Shown in pieces: positions 38,090-46,829 of a stretch of 64,000 nt of DNA. The notes below the pieces were generated by a model. That model ran no database searches. It was not told the DNA's origin and saw nothing but the letters and a program-made list of their open reading frames with translations. The translations under genes were made by a program, and so were the position numbers. Origin of the DNA: PVC group bacterium (GTDB taxonomy: Bacteria; Omnitrophota; Gorgyraeia; B26-G9); NCBI GenBank assembly GCA_024231215.1, contig JAAEQR010000072.1, forward strand, positions 641,210 through 705,209, written 5' to 3'. Numbering within the stretch: the first letter of the stretch is position 1; each line of letters begins with the position of its first letter.

Positions 38090-38632
38090 ATGAAGAAAAA
38101 ACCTAAAGAAATAGTTATTGGTGTAACCGCCGGGATTAGTGCATACAAGGCTTGCGAGGTGGTGCGTAGTTTAAAGAAAAAAGGCCATTCCGTAACGGTG
38201 CTAATGACCAAAGATGCGGTTAATTTTATCGGGCCCTTGACGTTTAAAACTTTGTCTGAACGGCCGGTGGTTATTGATATGTTTGAAGAAAATATGCAAT
38301 GGGATCCTTGCCATATTGCGTTGGCGGATAAAGCTGATGTGATTGCAATAGTTCCGGCAACAGCACAGATGATTGCTAAACTGGCTCTAGGATTATGTGA
38401 TGATATTATTAGTTGTGTTATTTTAGCAGCAAAATTAAAACCGGTTATTTGTCCGGCTATGAATGATAATATGTATAAACATCCGGCAACTCAGACTAAT
38501 CTGAAAAAACTAAAAGATTTTGGATATAAAATTATTTCGCCGATTAAAGGTAAGCTTGCCTGTGGAAAATACGGGATCGGCCATTTAGCGCCGGTTGATG
38601 TTATTGTTTCCGAAATAGAGAAACAGCTCTAA
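38090..38632 (+). CDS. coaC: phosphopantothenoylcysteine decarboxylase (flavoprotein), stand-alone
   Basis: 'IVIGVTAGISAYKA' and 'PAMNDNMY' motifs. Confidence 0.8.
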   Translation: MKKKPKEIVIGVTAGISAYKACEVVRSLKKKGHSVTVLMTKDAVNFIGPLTFKTLSERPVVIDMFEENMQWDPCHIALADKADVIAIVPATAQMIAKLALGLCDDIISCVILAAKLKPVICPAMNDNMYKHPATQTNLKKLKDFGYKIISPIKGKLACGKYGIGHLAPVDVIVSEIEKQL

Positions 38633-39306
38633 TGAAAAAGAAACAATCTTCTTTCAATATTCTTATTACCGCCGGGCCTACTCGTGAATATCTTGATCCT
38701 GTCCGATTTATTTCAAATCCTTCTACCGGGAAAATTGGATATCTATTAGCTAGTGCGGCTAAAAAAAAGGGGCATAAGGTTGTCTTGCTTTCCGGGCCGA
38801 CTTATTTAAAACCGCCGCAAGGCGTGAAAGTCTTATCATTTAATACGGCTTTGGAATTGAAAAAACTAGCTAAGCAGCATTTTGCTTGGGCAGATTGCGT
38901 CATTTGTGCTAGTGCGGTGAGCGATTACCGGCCGCTCAAGACATCCAAACAAAAGATTAAAAAAGCCGGGAAAACAAAAACTATTGTTTTTAGCAAAAAC
39001 CCGGATATATTACAGGAACTTGGTAGAATGAAGAAAAATCAGGTATTGGTCGGTTTTGCCCTGGAAACCCGGGATTTAATAAAAAATGCCGAAAAAAAAC
39101 TAAAAGAGAAAAATCTTGATTTTATCGTTGCTAATATGCTTTCCCGGGAGTTTGATCCATTTGGGGAAGGCCGGACTTCGGCCGTGATTCTATCCGAAAA
39201 AGATATTGAAAAGCTTCAACATATTAAAAAAGAACAACTTGCCCGAATTATTCTTGACAGGGTATTCAACTTATGCTATAGTTTATTGGGTAAAAAAAGG
39301 AGGTAA
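38632..39306 (+). CDS. coaB: phosphopantothenate-cysteine ligase, stand-alone
   Basis: 'ILITAGPTREYLDPVRFISNPSTGK'. ATGA overlap with coaC. Confidence 0.8.
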   Translation: MKKKQSSFNILITAGPTREYLDPVRFISNPSTGKIGYLLASAAKKKGHKVVLLSGPTYLKPPQGVKVLSFNTALELKKLAKQHFAWADCVICASAVSDYRPLKTSKQKIKKAGKTKTIVFSKNPDILQELGRMKKNQVLVGFALETRDLIKNAEKKLKEKNLDFIVANMLSREFDPFGEGRTSAVILSEKDIEKLQHIKKEQLARIILDRVFNLCYSLLGKKRR

Positions 39307-39309
39307 ATA

Positions 39310-39777
39310 GTGTTAAAAATGTTTAGGCAGAAAAAAGGTTTTACTCTCGTAGAATTACTTGTGGTAATGGCTGTTTTGGCGATTTTAGCGGGTGGTCTTT
39401 TACCTGCGTTGAGCCGTGCACGTGAACAGGGCCGTAGAACGACTTGTATGAACAATCTAAAACAGATCGGTCTGGCAATATCTATGTATCGTTTGGATAA
39501 TAATGATAGTTTTCCAGCTGATTTGAATGCGCTTTATAATAGTACGACACCAACTGATGGATATATTGATAATCTTGATATTTTTATTTGTCCGAGTACG
39601 GGGGCTGCAACACCAGCCAATCCTGCGGCCGGAGATTATGATTATACAGCTCCTGGTACGAATAATCCAGCATCTACAGTTACCATTGTTGCGGATAAAG
39701 CTGCTAATCATAAAGGTGGTAAAAATACTCTTTATGTAGATGGTCATGTATCATGGGTACCTACAGCTACCCCATGA
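39310..39777 (+). CDS. prepilin-type N-terminal cleavage/methylation domain protein with a C-terminal H-X9-DG motif (DUF1559-like pseudopilin)
   Basis: '[19 protein letters not shown]' class III signal and the C-terminus '[17 protein letters not shown]'. Confidence 0.65.
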   Translation: MLKMFRQKKGFTLVELLVVMAVLAILAGGLLPALSRAREQGRRTTCMNNLKQIGLAISMYRLDNNDSFPADLNALYNSTTPTDGYIDNLDIFICPSTGAATPANPAAGDYDYTAPGTNNPASTVTIVADKAANHKGGKNTLYVDGHVSWVPTATP

Positions 39778-39838
39778 TCAGGATATATGAGCAACAGTTG
39801 GGGAAACAGGGGATGTTAGAGTGTTAAGTAATTATAGA

Positions 39839-39878
39839 AGCACTTAAGAAAGAAGTGTTCTTAAGTGCTTTCTTTTAT
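39839..39878 (+). terminator. rho-independent terminator
   Basis: 12-bp perfect stem AGCACTTAAGAA / TTCTTAAGTGCT with a 7-nt loop, followed by TTCTTTT. Confidence 0.65.
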
Positions 39879-39892
39879 AGAGGATATTCGCG

Positions 39893-39967
39893 GGCGGCGT
39901 AGCCAAGCGGGAAGGCAGAGGTCTGCAAAACCTTTATTCAGCGGTTCGAATCCGCTCGCCGCCTCCA
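39893..39967 (+). tRNA. tRNA-Cys (GCA)
   Basis: Cloverleaf folded by hand: acceptor GGCGGCG/CGCCGCC, anticodon loop CTGCAAA, T-arm AGCGG-TTCGAAT-CCGCT, CCA encoded. Confidence 0.8.
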
Positions 39968-40045
39968 AAGACTTGAACGACAAGGATTCGAACAACAAAG
40001 TGATTTTTGATATAATAATAGTTTATTGTTAATTGATAAATTTTC

Positions 40046-40129
40046 CGGGCGAGTGGTGGAATGGCATACACGATGGACTTAAAATCCATTGGCTTAACGG
40101 CCGTAAGGGTTCGAATCCCTTCTCGCCCA
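40046..40129 (+). tRNA. tRNA-Leu (TAA), long variable arm
   Basis: Acceptor GGGCGAG/CTCGCCC, anticodon loop CTTAAAA, 16-nt variable arm, T-arm AAGGG-TTCGAAT-CCCTT. Confidence 0.8.
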
Positions 40130-40244
40130 TTTTTAAAAAAGTCTTAAGCTGTAAGTTTTAAGTTTTATGTAAAAACAAAAAGATATTTAATATCAAACAG
40201 AAAAAATCTTACAACTTATAACTTAAAGCTTACAACTGAACTTT

Positions 40245-40321
40245 GGGCGGTTAGCTCAGTTGGTTAGAGCGTTGCGTTGACATCGCAGAGGTCACAGATT
40301 CGAGTTCTGTACCGCCCACCA
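40245..40321 (+). tRNA. tRNA-Val (GAC)
   Basis: Acceptor GGGCGGT/ACCGCCC, D-arm GCTCAGTTGGTTAGAGC, anticodon loop TTGACAT, CCA encoded. Confidence 0.85.
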
Positions 40322-40332
40322 ATTTGAAAAAT

Positions 40333-42060
40333 ATGGATATAAATACATTAAGACATAGTTGTTCTCATGTAATGGCGCAGGCGGTTACTGAACTGTTTTC
40401 GGATGTTAAAGTGGCGATTGGACCATCAATCGAAGATGGTTTTTATTATGACTTTGATAAACCAGAGCCGTTTAGCCCGGAAGACTTAGAAAAGATAGAA
40501 GCCAAAATGAGAGAAATCATTAAGGCAAATCTTCCGTTTCTTTGTGAAGAATGGGATAAAGAAAAAGCAACAGCTTATTTTAAAGAACATGGAGAAAAGT
40601 ATAAGCTGGAATTAATCAAAGATATTCCGGATGATACTGTTTCAATATATAAAACAGGTGACGGATTTTTAGATTTGTGCCGGGGACCGCATATTAGTTC
40701 TACCGGAGAAATAAAGGTATTTAAGCTATTATCGATTGCCGGTGCATATTGGCGTGGTGATGAACGTAATGCTATGCTGCAGCGGATTTACGGTACTTGT
40801 TTTGCTACAGATAAAGAACTGAAACAATACTTAAATCGTATAGAAGAAGCAAAGAAAAGAGATCATCGCAAGCTGGGAACAGAGCTTGGGTTCTTTGAAA
40901 TGTCTCCGGAAATGGGCGCGGGATTAGTATTATATCATCCTAAGGGCGCGTTGCTGCGGACACTCATTGAAGATTACGAGAAGAAAGAGCATTTTAAACG
41001 CGGCTATAAGATGATTATCGGACCGCATGTTATGAAGTCGGATGTTTGGATTCGTTCCGGACATTATGAATATTATAAAGATAATATGTATATCTTCGAG
41101 ATCGAAGGCCAGGAATATGCTATAAAGCCGATGAATTGTCCTGGGCATATTATGGTGTATCAATCTAAGATTCGCAGTTATCGTGATCTGCCGCTTAGAT
41201 TTTTTGAATTAGGAACTGTGTATAGACACGAAAAATCAGGAGTATTGCATGGGCTTTTACGTGTGCGCGGTTTTACACAAGACGATGCTCACATATTTTG
41301 TACTGAAGACCAGTTAAAAGATGAAATAAAAAGCATTATTGATTTTGTTGCCGATACAATGAAAGTATTTGGTTTTAAAGAGTGGATTGTAGAGTTAAGT
41401 ACTCGACCGGAAAAATCAATTGGCACAGATGAAGATTGGGTTAGAGCTACTACAGCTTTGAAAGATTCTTTGACAGAAAAAGGTTTAGAATTCGAGATCA
41501 ATGAAGGCGACGGAGCTTTTTACGGGCCTAAGATTGATATTAAACTTAAAGATGCGATTGGCAGATCATGGCAATGCGCGACAATACAATGCGATTTTGC
41601 TTTACCAAATCGGTTTGATCTTCATTACGCGGCAGATGACGGTACTTTGAAAAAGCCAATTATGTTACACCGGGTACTTTTAGGTAGTTTGGAAAGATTC
41701 CTGGGAGCGTTAATTGAACACTATGCCGGAGCGTTTCCTGTATGGTTGTCTCCGGAGCAGGTGCGTATTGTGCCGGTAACAGATAAACAGCATGGATTTG
41801 TTAAGCAATTAAAAGAAAAGCTGGATATTGCTGAAATCCGAACCGAGCTCGATTTGCGCAATGAAAAAGTAGGATATAAGATCAGAGAAGCTGTAACTCA
41901 GAAAGTTCCTTATATTTTAGTTGTTGGCGAAAAAGAAGTTACTTCTGGAATGCTCTCAGTTCGTTATGAACGTGGAGAAAACAAAGGGCAGGTTGAGAAT
42001 AACATTAATATAGAAGATTTCATTAGTCAGGTAAAAGAGAAAATTTCATTAAGGAATTAG
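40333..42060 (+). CDS. thrS: threonine--tRNA ligase (N-terminal TGS domain absent)
   Basis: 'HSCSHVMAQA...IGPSIEDGFYYDFD' editing domain, class II catalytic core and a C-terminal anticodon-binding domain. 578 aa. Confidence 0.9.
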   Translation: MDINTLRHSCSHVMAQAVTELFSDVKVAIGPSIEDGFYYDFDKPEPFSPEDLEKIEAKMREIIKANLPFLCEEWDKEKATAYFKEHGEKYKLELIKDIPDDTVSIYKTGDGFLDLCRGPHISSTGEIKVFKLLSIAGAYWRGDERNAMLQRIYGTCFATDKELKQYLNRIEEAKKRDHRKLGTELGFFEMSPEMGAGLVLYHPKGALLRTLIEDYEKKEHFKRGYKMIIGPHVMKSDVWIRSGHYEYYKDNMYIFEIEGQEYAIKPMNCPGHIMVYQSKIRSYRDLPLRFFELGTVYRHEKSGVLHGLLRVRGFTQDDAHIFCTEDQLKDEIKSIIDFVADTMKVFGFKEWIVELSTRPEKSIGTDEDWVRATTALKDSLTEKGLEFEINEGDGAFYGPKIDIKLKDAIGRSWQCATIQCDFALPNRFDLHYAADDGTLKKPIMLHRVLLGSLERFLGALIEHYAGAFPVWLSPEQVRIVPVTDKQHGFVKQLKEKLDIAEIRTELDLRNEKVGYKIREAVTQKVPYILVVGEKEVTSGMLSVRYERGENKGQVENNINIEDFISQVKEKISLRN

Positions 42061-42081
42061 GAGTTTAATTTTAAGAAGGAG

Positions 42082-42597
42082 GTGGGTAGTATTTCTAAGT
42101 TTACAAGAGTCAATGGGCAGATTAGAGCATCTCAAATACGTTTGATCGGGTCCCAGGGAGAACAGGTAGGCGTCGTGGCTACGGCAGAAGCACTTGATAA
42201 AGCCAAAGGCGAGGAACTGGATCTTGTTGAAGTAGCTCCACAGGCTTCACCGCCGGTATGCAGAATTATGGATTATAGCAAGTTTCGTTTTGACCAGAAG
42301 AAAAAAGAGCGGGAAGCAAAAAAGAAACAACACGCAACGCAGCTTAAAGAATTACGTTTAAAACCTAAAATTCAAGAACATGATTATCAGGTCAAGTTAA
42401 GAAATCTGGAGAAATTTCTCAAACACCATGATAAAGTCAAAGTAAGAATGACTTTTCGAGGTAGAGAAATGGCTCATATGGAATTTGGCCAGAAAATCAT
42501 TGATCGTTTAATAACGGAAACTACCGAATTTGGGGAGTTGGAACGGCCTCAGGTTCGTGAGGGAAGAAACATTATATTGATTTTTAAACCAAAATGA
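42082..42597 (+). CDS. infC: translation initiation factor IF-3
   Basis: 'IRLIGSQGEQVGV...' IF3 N- and C-domains. The true start is probably ATT at 42091, 6-7 nt after AAGGAGGTG. Confidence 0.85.
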   Translation: MGSISKFTRVNGQIRASQIRLIGSQGEQVGVVATAEALDKAKGEELDLVEVAPQASPPVCRIMDYSKFRFDQKKKEREAKKKQHATQLKELRLKPKIQEHDYQVKLRNLEKFLKHHDKVKVRMTFRGREMAHMEFGQKIIDRLITETTEFGELERPQVREGRNIILIFKPK

Positions 42598-42620
42598 GAA
42601 GAGAAAAGAGGTAAGGAGTT

Positions 42621-42815
42621 ATGCCAAAACTGAAAACAAAAAAAGGTGCGGCCAAGAGATTTAAAAAAACCGGCTCAGGTAAGGTCAAAAGAAGCCAGGC
42701 TAATAAAGGCCATTTGAAGACATGCAAGAACGCAAAAAGAAAAAGAAATTTGAGAAAATCTGCGATGGTGGATAAAACAGAAGAGAAGCAATTTAAGATA
42801 ATGTTGCCTTATTAA
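42621..42815 (+). CDS. rpmI: 50S ribosomal protein L35
   Basis: '[24 protein letters not shown]'. Confidence 0.85.
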   Translation: MPKLKTKKGAAKRFKKTGSGKVKRSQANKGHLKTCKNAKRKRNLRKSAMVDKTEEKQFKIMLPY

Positions 42816-42830
42816 AGGAGGAAAATAACA

Positions 42831-43184
42831 ATGCCACGTGTAAAAAGAGCCCCAGCAACTAAAGAGAGAAAAAAGAAGATTATAAAGCAAGCAAAAGGTG
42901 CGTTCGGTAAACGGAAGAATGTTTATCGCAGAGCTAAAGAGACGGTACAAAGAGCATTAGCATTTGCTTACACCGGACGCAAGCTTAAAAAACGCACTTT
43001 TCGTCAGCTTTGGACAGTTCGTATTAATGCAGCGTTAAAAGACTATGATTTGTCTTACAGTAAGTTTATCGGAGCTTTGAAGAAATCTAATATTGCGATT
43101 GATAGAAAGATATTGGCTGAGTTGGCTGTAGAAGATAAAAATGCTTTTGCGGCAGTAGTAGAACAGAGTAAAGCAGCTAACTAA
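42831..43184 (+). CDS. rplT: 50S ribosomal protein L20
   Basis: 'MPRVKR...AFAYTGRK..KR.FRQLW'. Confidence 0.9.
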   Translation: MPRVKRAPATKERKKKIIKQAKGAFGKRKNVYRRAKETVQRALAFAYTGRKLKKRTFRQLWTVRINAALKDYDLSYSKFIGALKKSNIAIDRKILAELAVEDKNAFAAVVEQSKAAN

Positions 43185-43212
43185 TTAGTCAAGACGATTT
43201 GATTTATATCTT

Positions 43213-44229
43213 ATGGAAGATAAATTAATTAATTTAAAGAAAGCATTTGATGAGGATATTGCGAATTCTTCTTCCCGGGAGAATCTTGAATCAATAAAGA
43301 TAAAATACCTGGGCAGAAAAGGCGCGGTAACTCAAGTCTTTAAAGAATTAGGCCAGGTACCGGCGGATAAGAAGCCTGTTATCGGGCAGAAGATAAATCA
43401 ACTTAAAGGTGAAATCTCTCAGTCCCTTGAAGCAAAGGAAAAAGAACTTGAGAATGGCCAAATCTCCGGGAGTACAGGTAATTTTGACATATCTCTTCCG
43501 GCAATAACGAAAGATGTTGGTTCGCCGCATCCTTTGACGATCGTAAAAGATGAAGTTTGCAGTCTTTTTGTGGAGATGGGTTTTAAAATTGTAGAAGGCC
43601 CGGAAATCGAGACTGAGCACTATAACTTTGAAGCGCTAAATATCCCGTTAGAGCATCCTTCCCGGGAATCATTCGATACATTCTATATCAAAGACAAATT
43701 TTTATTACGCAGTCACACTTCTCCGGTACAGATTAGAGTCATGGAAAAAGAAGAGCCTCCGGTACAGATTATCGTACCTGGAAAGGTTTATCGTCCGGAC
43801 GCCGTAGATGCCAGCCATTCCTATATGTTTCATCAGATAGAAGGACTTCTTGTGGATAAAGGCATAACCTTTGCCCATTTAAAAGGGGTTCTTTCTGTTT
43901 TTACTAAGAAATTATTTGGAGAAAAAACCAAAACCAGATTTCGTCCCAGTTTTTTTCCGTTTACCGAGCCTAGCGCAGAAGTAGATGTATCATGTTTTAT
44001 CTGTGGAGGCACAGGCTGTAGTGTATGCGGACAGAGTGGATGGATTGAAATCCTTGGTGCGGGTATGGTTCACCCGAAAGTATTAAAAGCAGGTGAAATT
44101 GATAGTAAAGAATACTCCGGATTTGCCTTTGGCATGGGAGTAGATCGTATTGCTATGCTTAAATATGGAATTAATGATATTCGTTTATTTTATGAAAACG
44201 ATTTAAGATTTACAAAACAGTTTAGTTAA
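43213..44229 (+). CDS. pheS: phenylalanine--tRNA ligase alpha subunit
   Basis: Class II motifs 'FRPSFFPFTEPS' and 'GFAFGMGVDRIAM'. Confidence 0.9.
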   Translation: MEDKLINLKKAFDEDIANSSSRENLESIKIKYLGRKGAVTQVFKELGQVPADKKPVIGQKINQLKGEISQSLEAKEKELENGQISGSTGNFDISLPAITKDVGSPHPLTIVKDEVCSLFVEMGFKIVEGPEIETEHYNFEALNIPLEHPSRESFDTFYIKDKFLLRSHTSPVQIRVMEKEEPPVQIIVPGKVYRPDAVDASHSYMFHQIEGLLVDKGITFAHLKGVLSVFTKKLFGEKTKTRFRPSFFPFTEPSAEVDVSCFICGGTGCSVCGQSGWIEILGAGMVHPKVLKAGEIDSKEYSGFAFGMGVDRIAMLKYGINDIRLFYENDLRFTKQFS

Positions 44230-44241
44230 TAAAGAGTACTT

Positions 44242-46299
44242 ATGAAAGCAACATACAATTGGTTAAAAGATTATATTAATATCGAGATCTCTGTGGAGGA
44301 GTTGGTGAAGAAGATTACCAGCGCCGGTCTTTTAGTTGAAGGCATTGAAAAACACGGGGATGATTCGGTGTTTGATATTGAAATTACTTCCAATCGTCCG
44401 GATTGGTTGAGCATGATTGGTATTGCCCGGGAATTATCGGCGCTTACCGGCCAGGACAAAAAGCCGGTTAAGATTTATTCTCCAAAAGCAAAAGATACAG
44501 AAGTTGCCGAAAAACCTTCCTTTACTATTGAAATCGAAGATAAAGAAGCATGTTCTAGATACGTAGGTAAGGTTATCCGTGATGTAAAGATAGCAGAATC
44601 ACCGGATTGGATAAAAAAGTACTTAGAAGCTGTGGGATCCCGCTTAGTAAATAATGCCGCGGATATAACTAATTTCTGTCTATTTGAAACAGGACAGCCC
44701 TTACATGCTTTTGATTTGGATAAATTAGAAGGCGGCAAGCTGATTGTACGTCGTGCTAAAAAAGGGGAAGAGATTGTTACGATTGATGGTATTACCCGGA
44801 AACTGGATAAGTCTATCCTGGTAATTGCCGATGCTAAGAAACCAGTAGCTATTGCCGGGATTATGGGCGGGCTGGGTACAGAAGTTAATGAAAAGACAAA
44901 GAATATTTTATTAGAGAGCGCTTATTTTGATCCGGTTACAATAAGAAGAGCTTCCCGTAAGCTGGGAGTAACTACCGAGTCAAATTACCGTTTTGAGCGT
45001 AAAGTGGATATTGAAAACGTTATGTTTTCCTCAGATCGTGCCGCATTGTTACTAGAAGAGTTGACCGGCGGAAAAGTCCAGGGAAGTACGATTGATGTAA
45101 ATTATACACAGCAGGAAACTTATCAGATAGAAATGAACGTTGAATTTCCCAGTAAACTTATCGGAGCTGATATAAGTAAAAAAGAAATTATTGATATATT
45201 AAGCGCGCTTGATTTTAAAGTCACCGAAGATAATAATTCAGGAGTTTTAAAAATAGAAGTTCCGGGTTTTCGCAGCGACGTTCGTATTGCCGAAGACCTT
45301 GTGGAAGAAATCATTCGTATTTGGGGATATGACCGGATTGAACCGGCAATGCCGGCGATCAAGGCGCATGTCGAGCCCGCTCAAGGCAAACTAATTGAAT
45401 ATAAAGATAAAATACGGCAGATTATGCTGGGGCTGGGCTTAGACGAGGTGGTTACGTACACTTTATCCGGTAAAAACGCTTTGATTGATTCTAAAACATT
45501 ACCGGAGAAACCGGTTAGTATTCAAAATCCGCTTAGCAGTGAGCAGGAGTATATGAAAAGCTCTCTGTTACCGGCATTTCTAAAGGTAATCAATAATAAT
45601 CTTAATCGTAAGATAAAAGAGATAAAGATATTTGAGTTGGGTAAGATATATGAACAGGTAAAAGAAGGTTTTAACGAGCGGGAGATGCTGGGGATAGGGG
45701 TATGCGGTACTCGTTATGCTAATTGGCAGGATCATGTTAAGAAGCTTGAGTTTTATGATTTAAAGGGGCTTGCAGAAGCATTAGCGGCACGTTTAGGTAT
45801 AAAAAATCTTATTATAAAAAGAAAATCATTTGATTTTTTTAGTTTGGCTGAATCAGTTGAATTATATATTAATGATCAGCTTGCCGGGTGTTTAGGGAAG
45901 GTTGATAAGAAGGTATTAAAGAATTTTGATATTAGCGAAGATGTGTTTTTCGCTCAGATCCAAATAGATAAGCTGGTCAAAGCCGTAAAAACAGATTATC
46001 GATATACTGCTTTAAATAAATATCCATCTGCAGCACGGGATATAGCACTTGTGGTCAATGAATCAGTATCTTGTGCAGAGGCTCTAGACATAATTAAGAC
46101 CACAGCTGGTGATTTAGCGGTAAATGTTGAACTTTTCGATGTATACCAGGGTGACCAGGTACCTAAAGGAAGTAAAAGTTTAGCCTATTCTATTGTATAT
46201 CAAAGCCCCGACAGAACTCTTACCGACGAGGAAGTATCTGATTTGCACGGCAAAGTCCAAGAAACCTTACTCACTCGCCTTAAAGCTAGTTTGCGATAA
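44242..46299 (+). CDS. pheT: phenylalanine--tRNA ligase beta subunit (short form lacking the N-terminal tRNA-binding OB domain)
   Basis: B1 'MKATYNWLKDYI' leads directly to B3/B4, B5, B6/7 and FDX-ACB domains. 685 aa against about 795 in typical bacteria. Confidence 0.85.
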   Translation: MKATYNWLKDYINIEISVEELVKKITSAGLLVEGIEKHGDDSVFDIEITSNRPDWLSMIGIARELSALTGQDKKPVKIYSPKAKDTEVAEKPSFTIEIEDKEACSRYVGKVIRDVKIAESPDWIKKYLEAVGSRLVNNAADITNFCLFETGQPLHAFDLDKLEGGKLIVRRAKKGEEIVTIDGITRKLDKSILVIADAKKPVAIAGIMGGLGTEVNEKTKNILLESAYFDPVTIRRASRKLGVTTESNYRFERKVDIENVMFSSDRAALLLEELTGGKVQGSTIDVNYTQQETYQIEMNVEFPSKLIGADISKKEIIDILSALDFKVTEDNNSGVLKIEVPGFRSDVRIAEDLVEEIIRIWGYDRIEPAMPAIKAHVEPAQGKLIEYKDKIRQIMLGLGLDEVVTYTLSGKNALIDSKTLPEKPVSIQNPLSSEQEYMKSSLLPAFLKVINNNLNRKIKEIKIFELGKIYEQVKEGFNEREMLGIGVCGTRYANWQDHVKKLEFYDLKGLAEALAARLGIKNLIIKRKSFDFFSLAESVELYINDQLAGCLGKVDKKVLKNFDISEDVFFAQIQIDKLVKAVKTDYRYTALNKYPSAARDIALVVNESVSCAEALDIIKTTAGDLAVNVELFDVYQGDQVPKGSKSLAYSIVYQSPDRTLTDEEVSDLHGKVQETLLTRLKASLR

Positions 46300-46384
46300 A
46301 CTGATAGAGATAATTTAATCTATAGACATCATTTTTCAGAAAAAACGACATGTCGTATATTGATTGTTAGAAAGGAAAAATAAT

Positions 46385-46714
46385 ATGAATATTAAAAAAT
46401 GGCCATATTGGTTAAAAAGTGGATTTTTATTTGGGATTATCGGCGGATTGATAATTGCTATTCTTCCAGAGGAATTCATTAATATTGCTTCTGCTCAATG
46501 GTATTTGGCCGGAATTGTTGAGCCTGTTTTTTTAATATTTATGGGTATATGTATTATTTTTAATATCGATTTCGTAAGTAATTCTGAGGATGCTATACAT
46601 TTATTCATTCTTGATATGGTTGGAATTTTTTCGTACTTTGTTGTATTTTTCTTAATTGGTTCACTTATAGGAAGTATTAGTAGGTTAATAAAATCTAAAA
46701 AGACAAAAAAATAA
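46385..46714 (+). CDS. small hypothetical membrane protein (3-4 TM)
   Basis: AAAGGA RBS before the ATG at 46385. Hydrophobic. Confidence 0.4.
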   Translation: MNIKKWPYWLKSGFLFGIIGGLIIAILPEEFINIASAQWYLAGIVEPVFLIFMGICIIFNIDFVSNSEDAIHLFILDMVGIFSYFVVFFLIGSLIGSISRLIKSKKTKK

Positions 46715-46829
46715 AAGTCTAACAAATCACTACAGCTACCTCCGCCATAGCGGGGCGAGCTGGTGGGAGCGTGTTTAGCCTGCATTTGCGGGAGTGAGCT
46801 CGATGTTAGATTTAAAAAGGAGGAAGAAT

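Noticed and set aside
39893-40321. A tRNA-Cys/Leu/Val cluster as a possible genomic island integration site
   Set aside because: I found no integrase, transposase, direct repeats of tRNA 3' ends or phage genes. The flanking genes (coaBC, thrS, infC, rplT, pheST) are core housekeeping genes.
42675-42950. A 91-aa minus-strand ORF over rpmI/rplT
   Set aside because: It is antisense to two highly conserved ribosomal protein genes and has no RBS.
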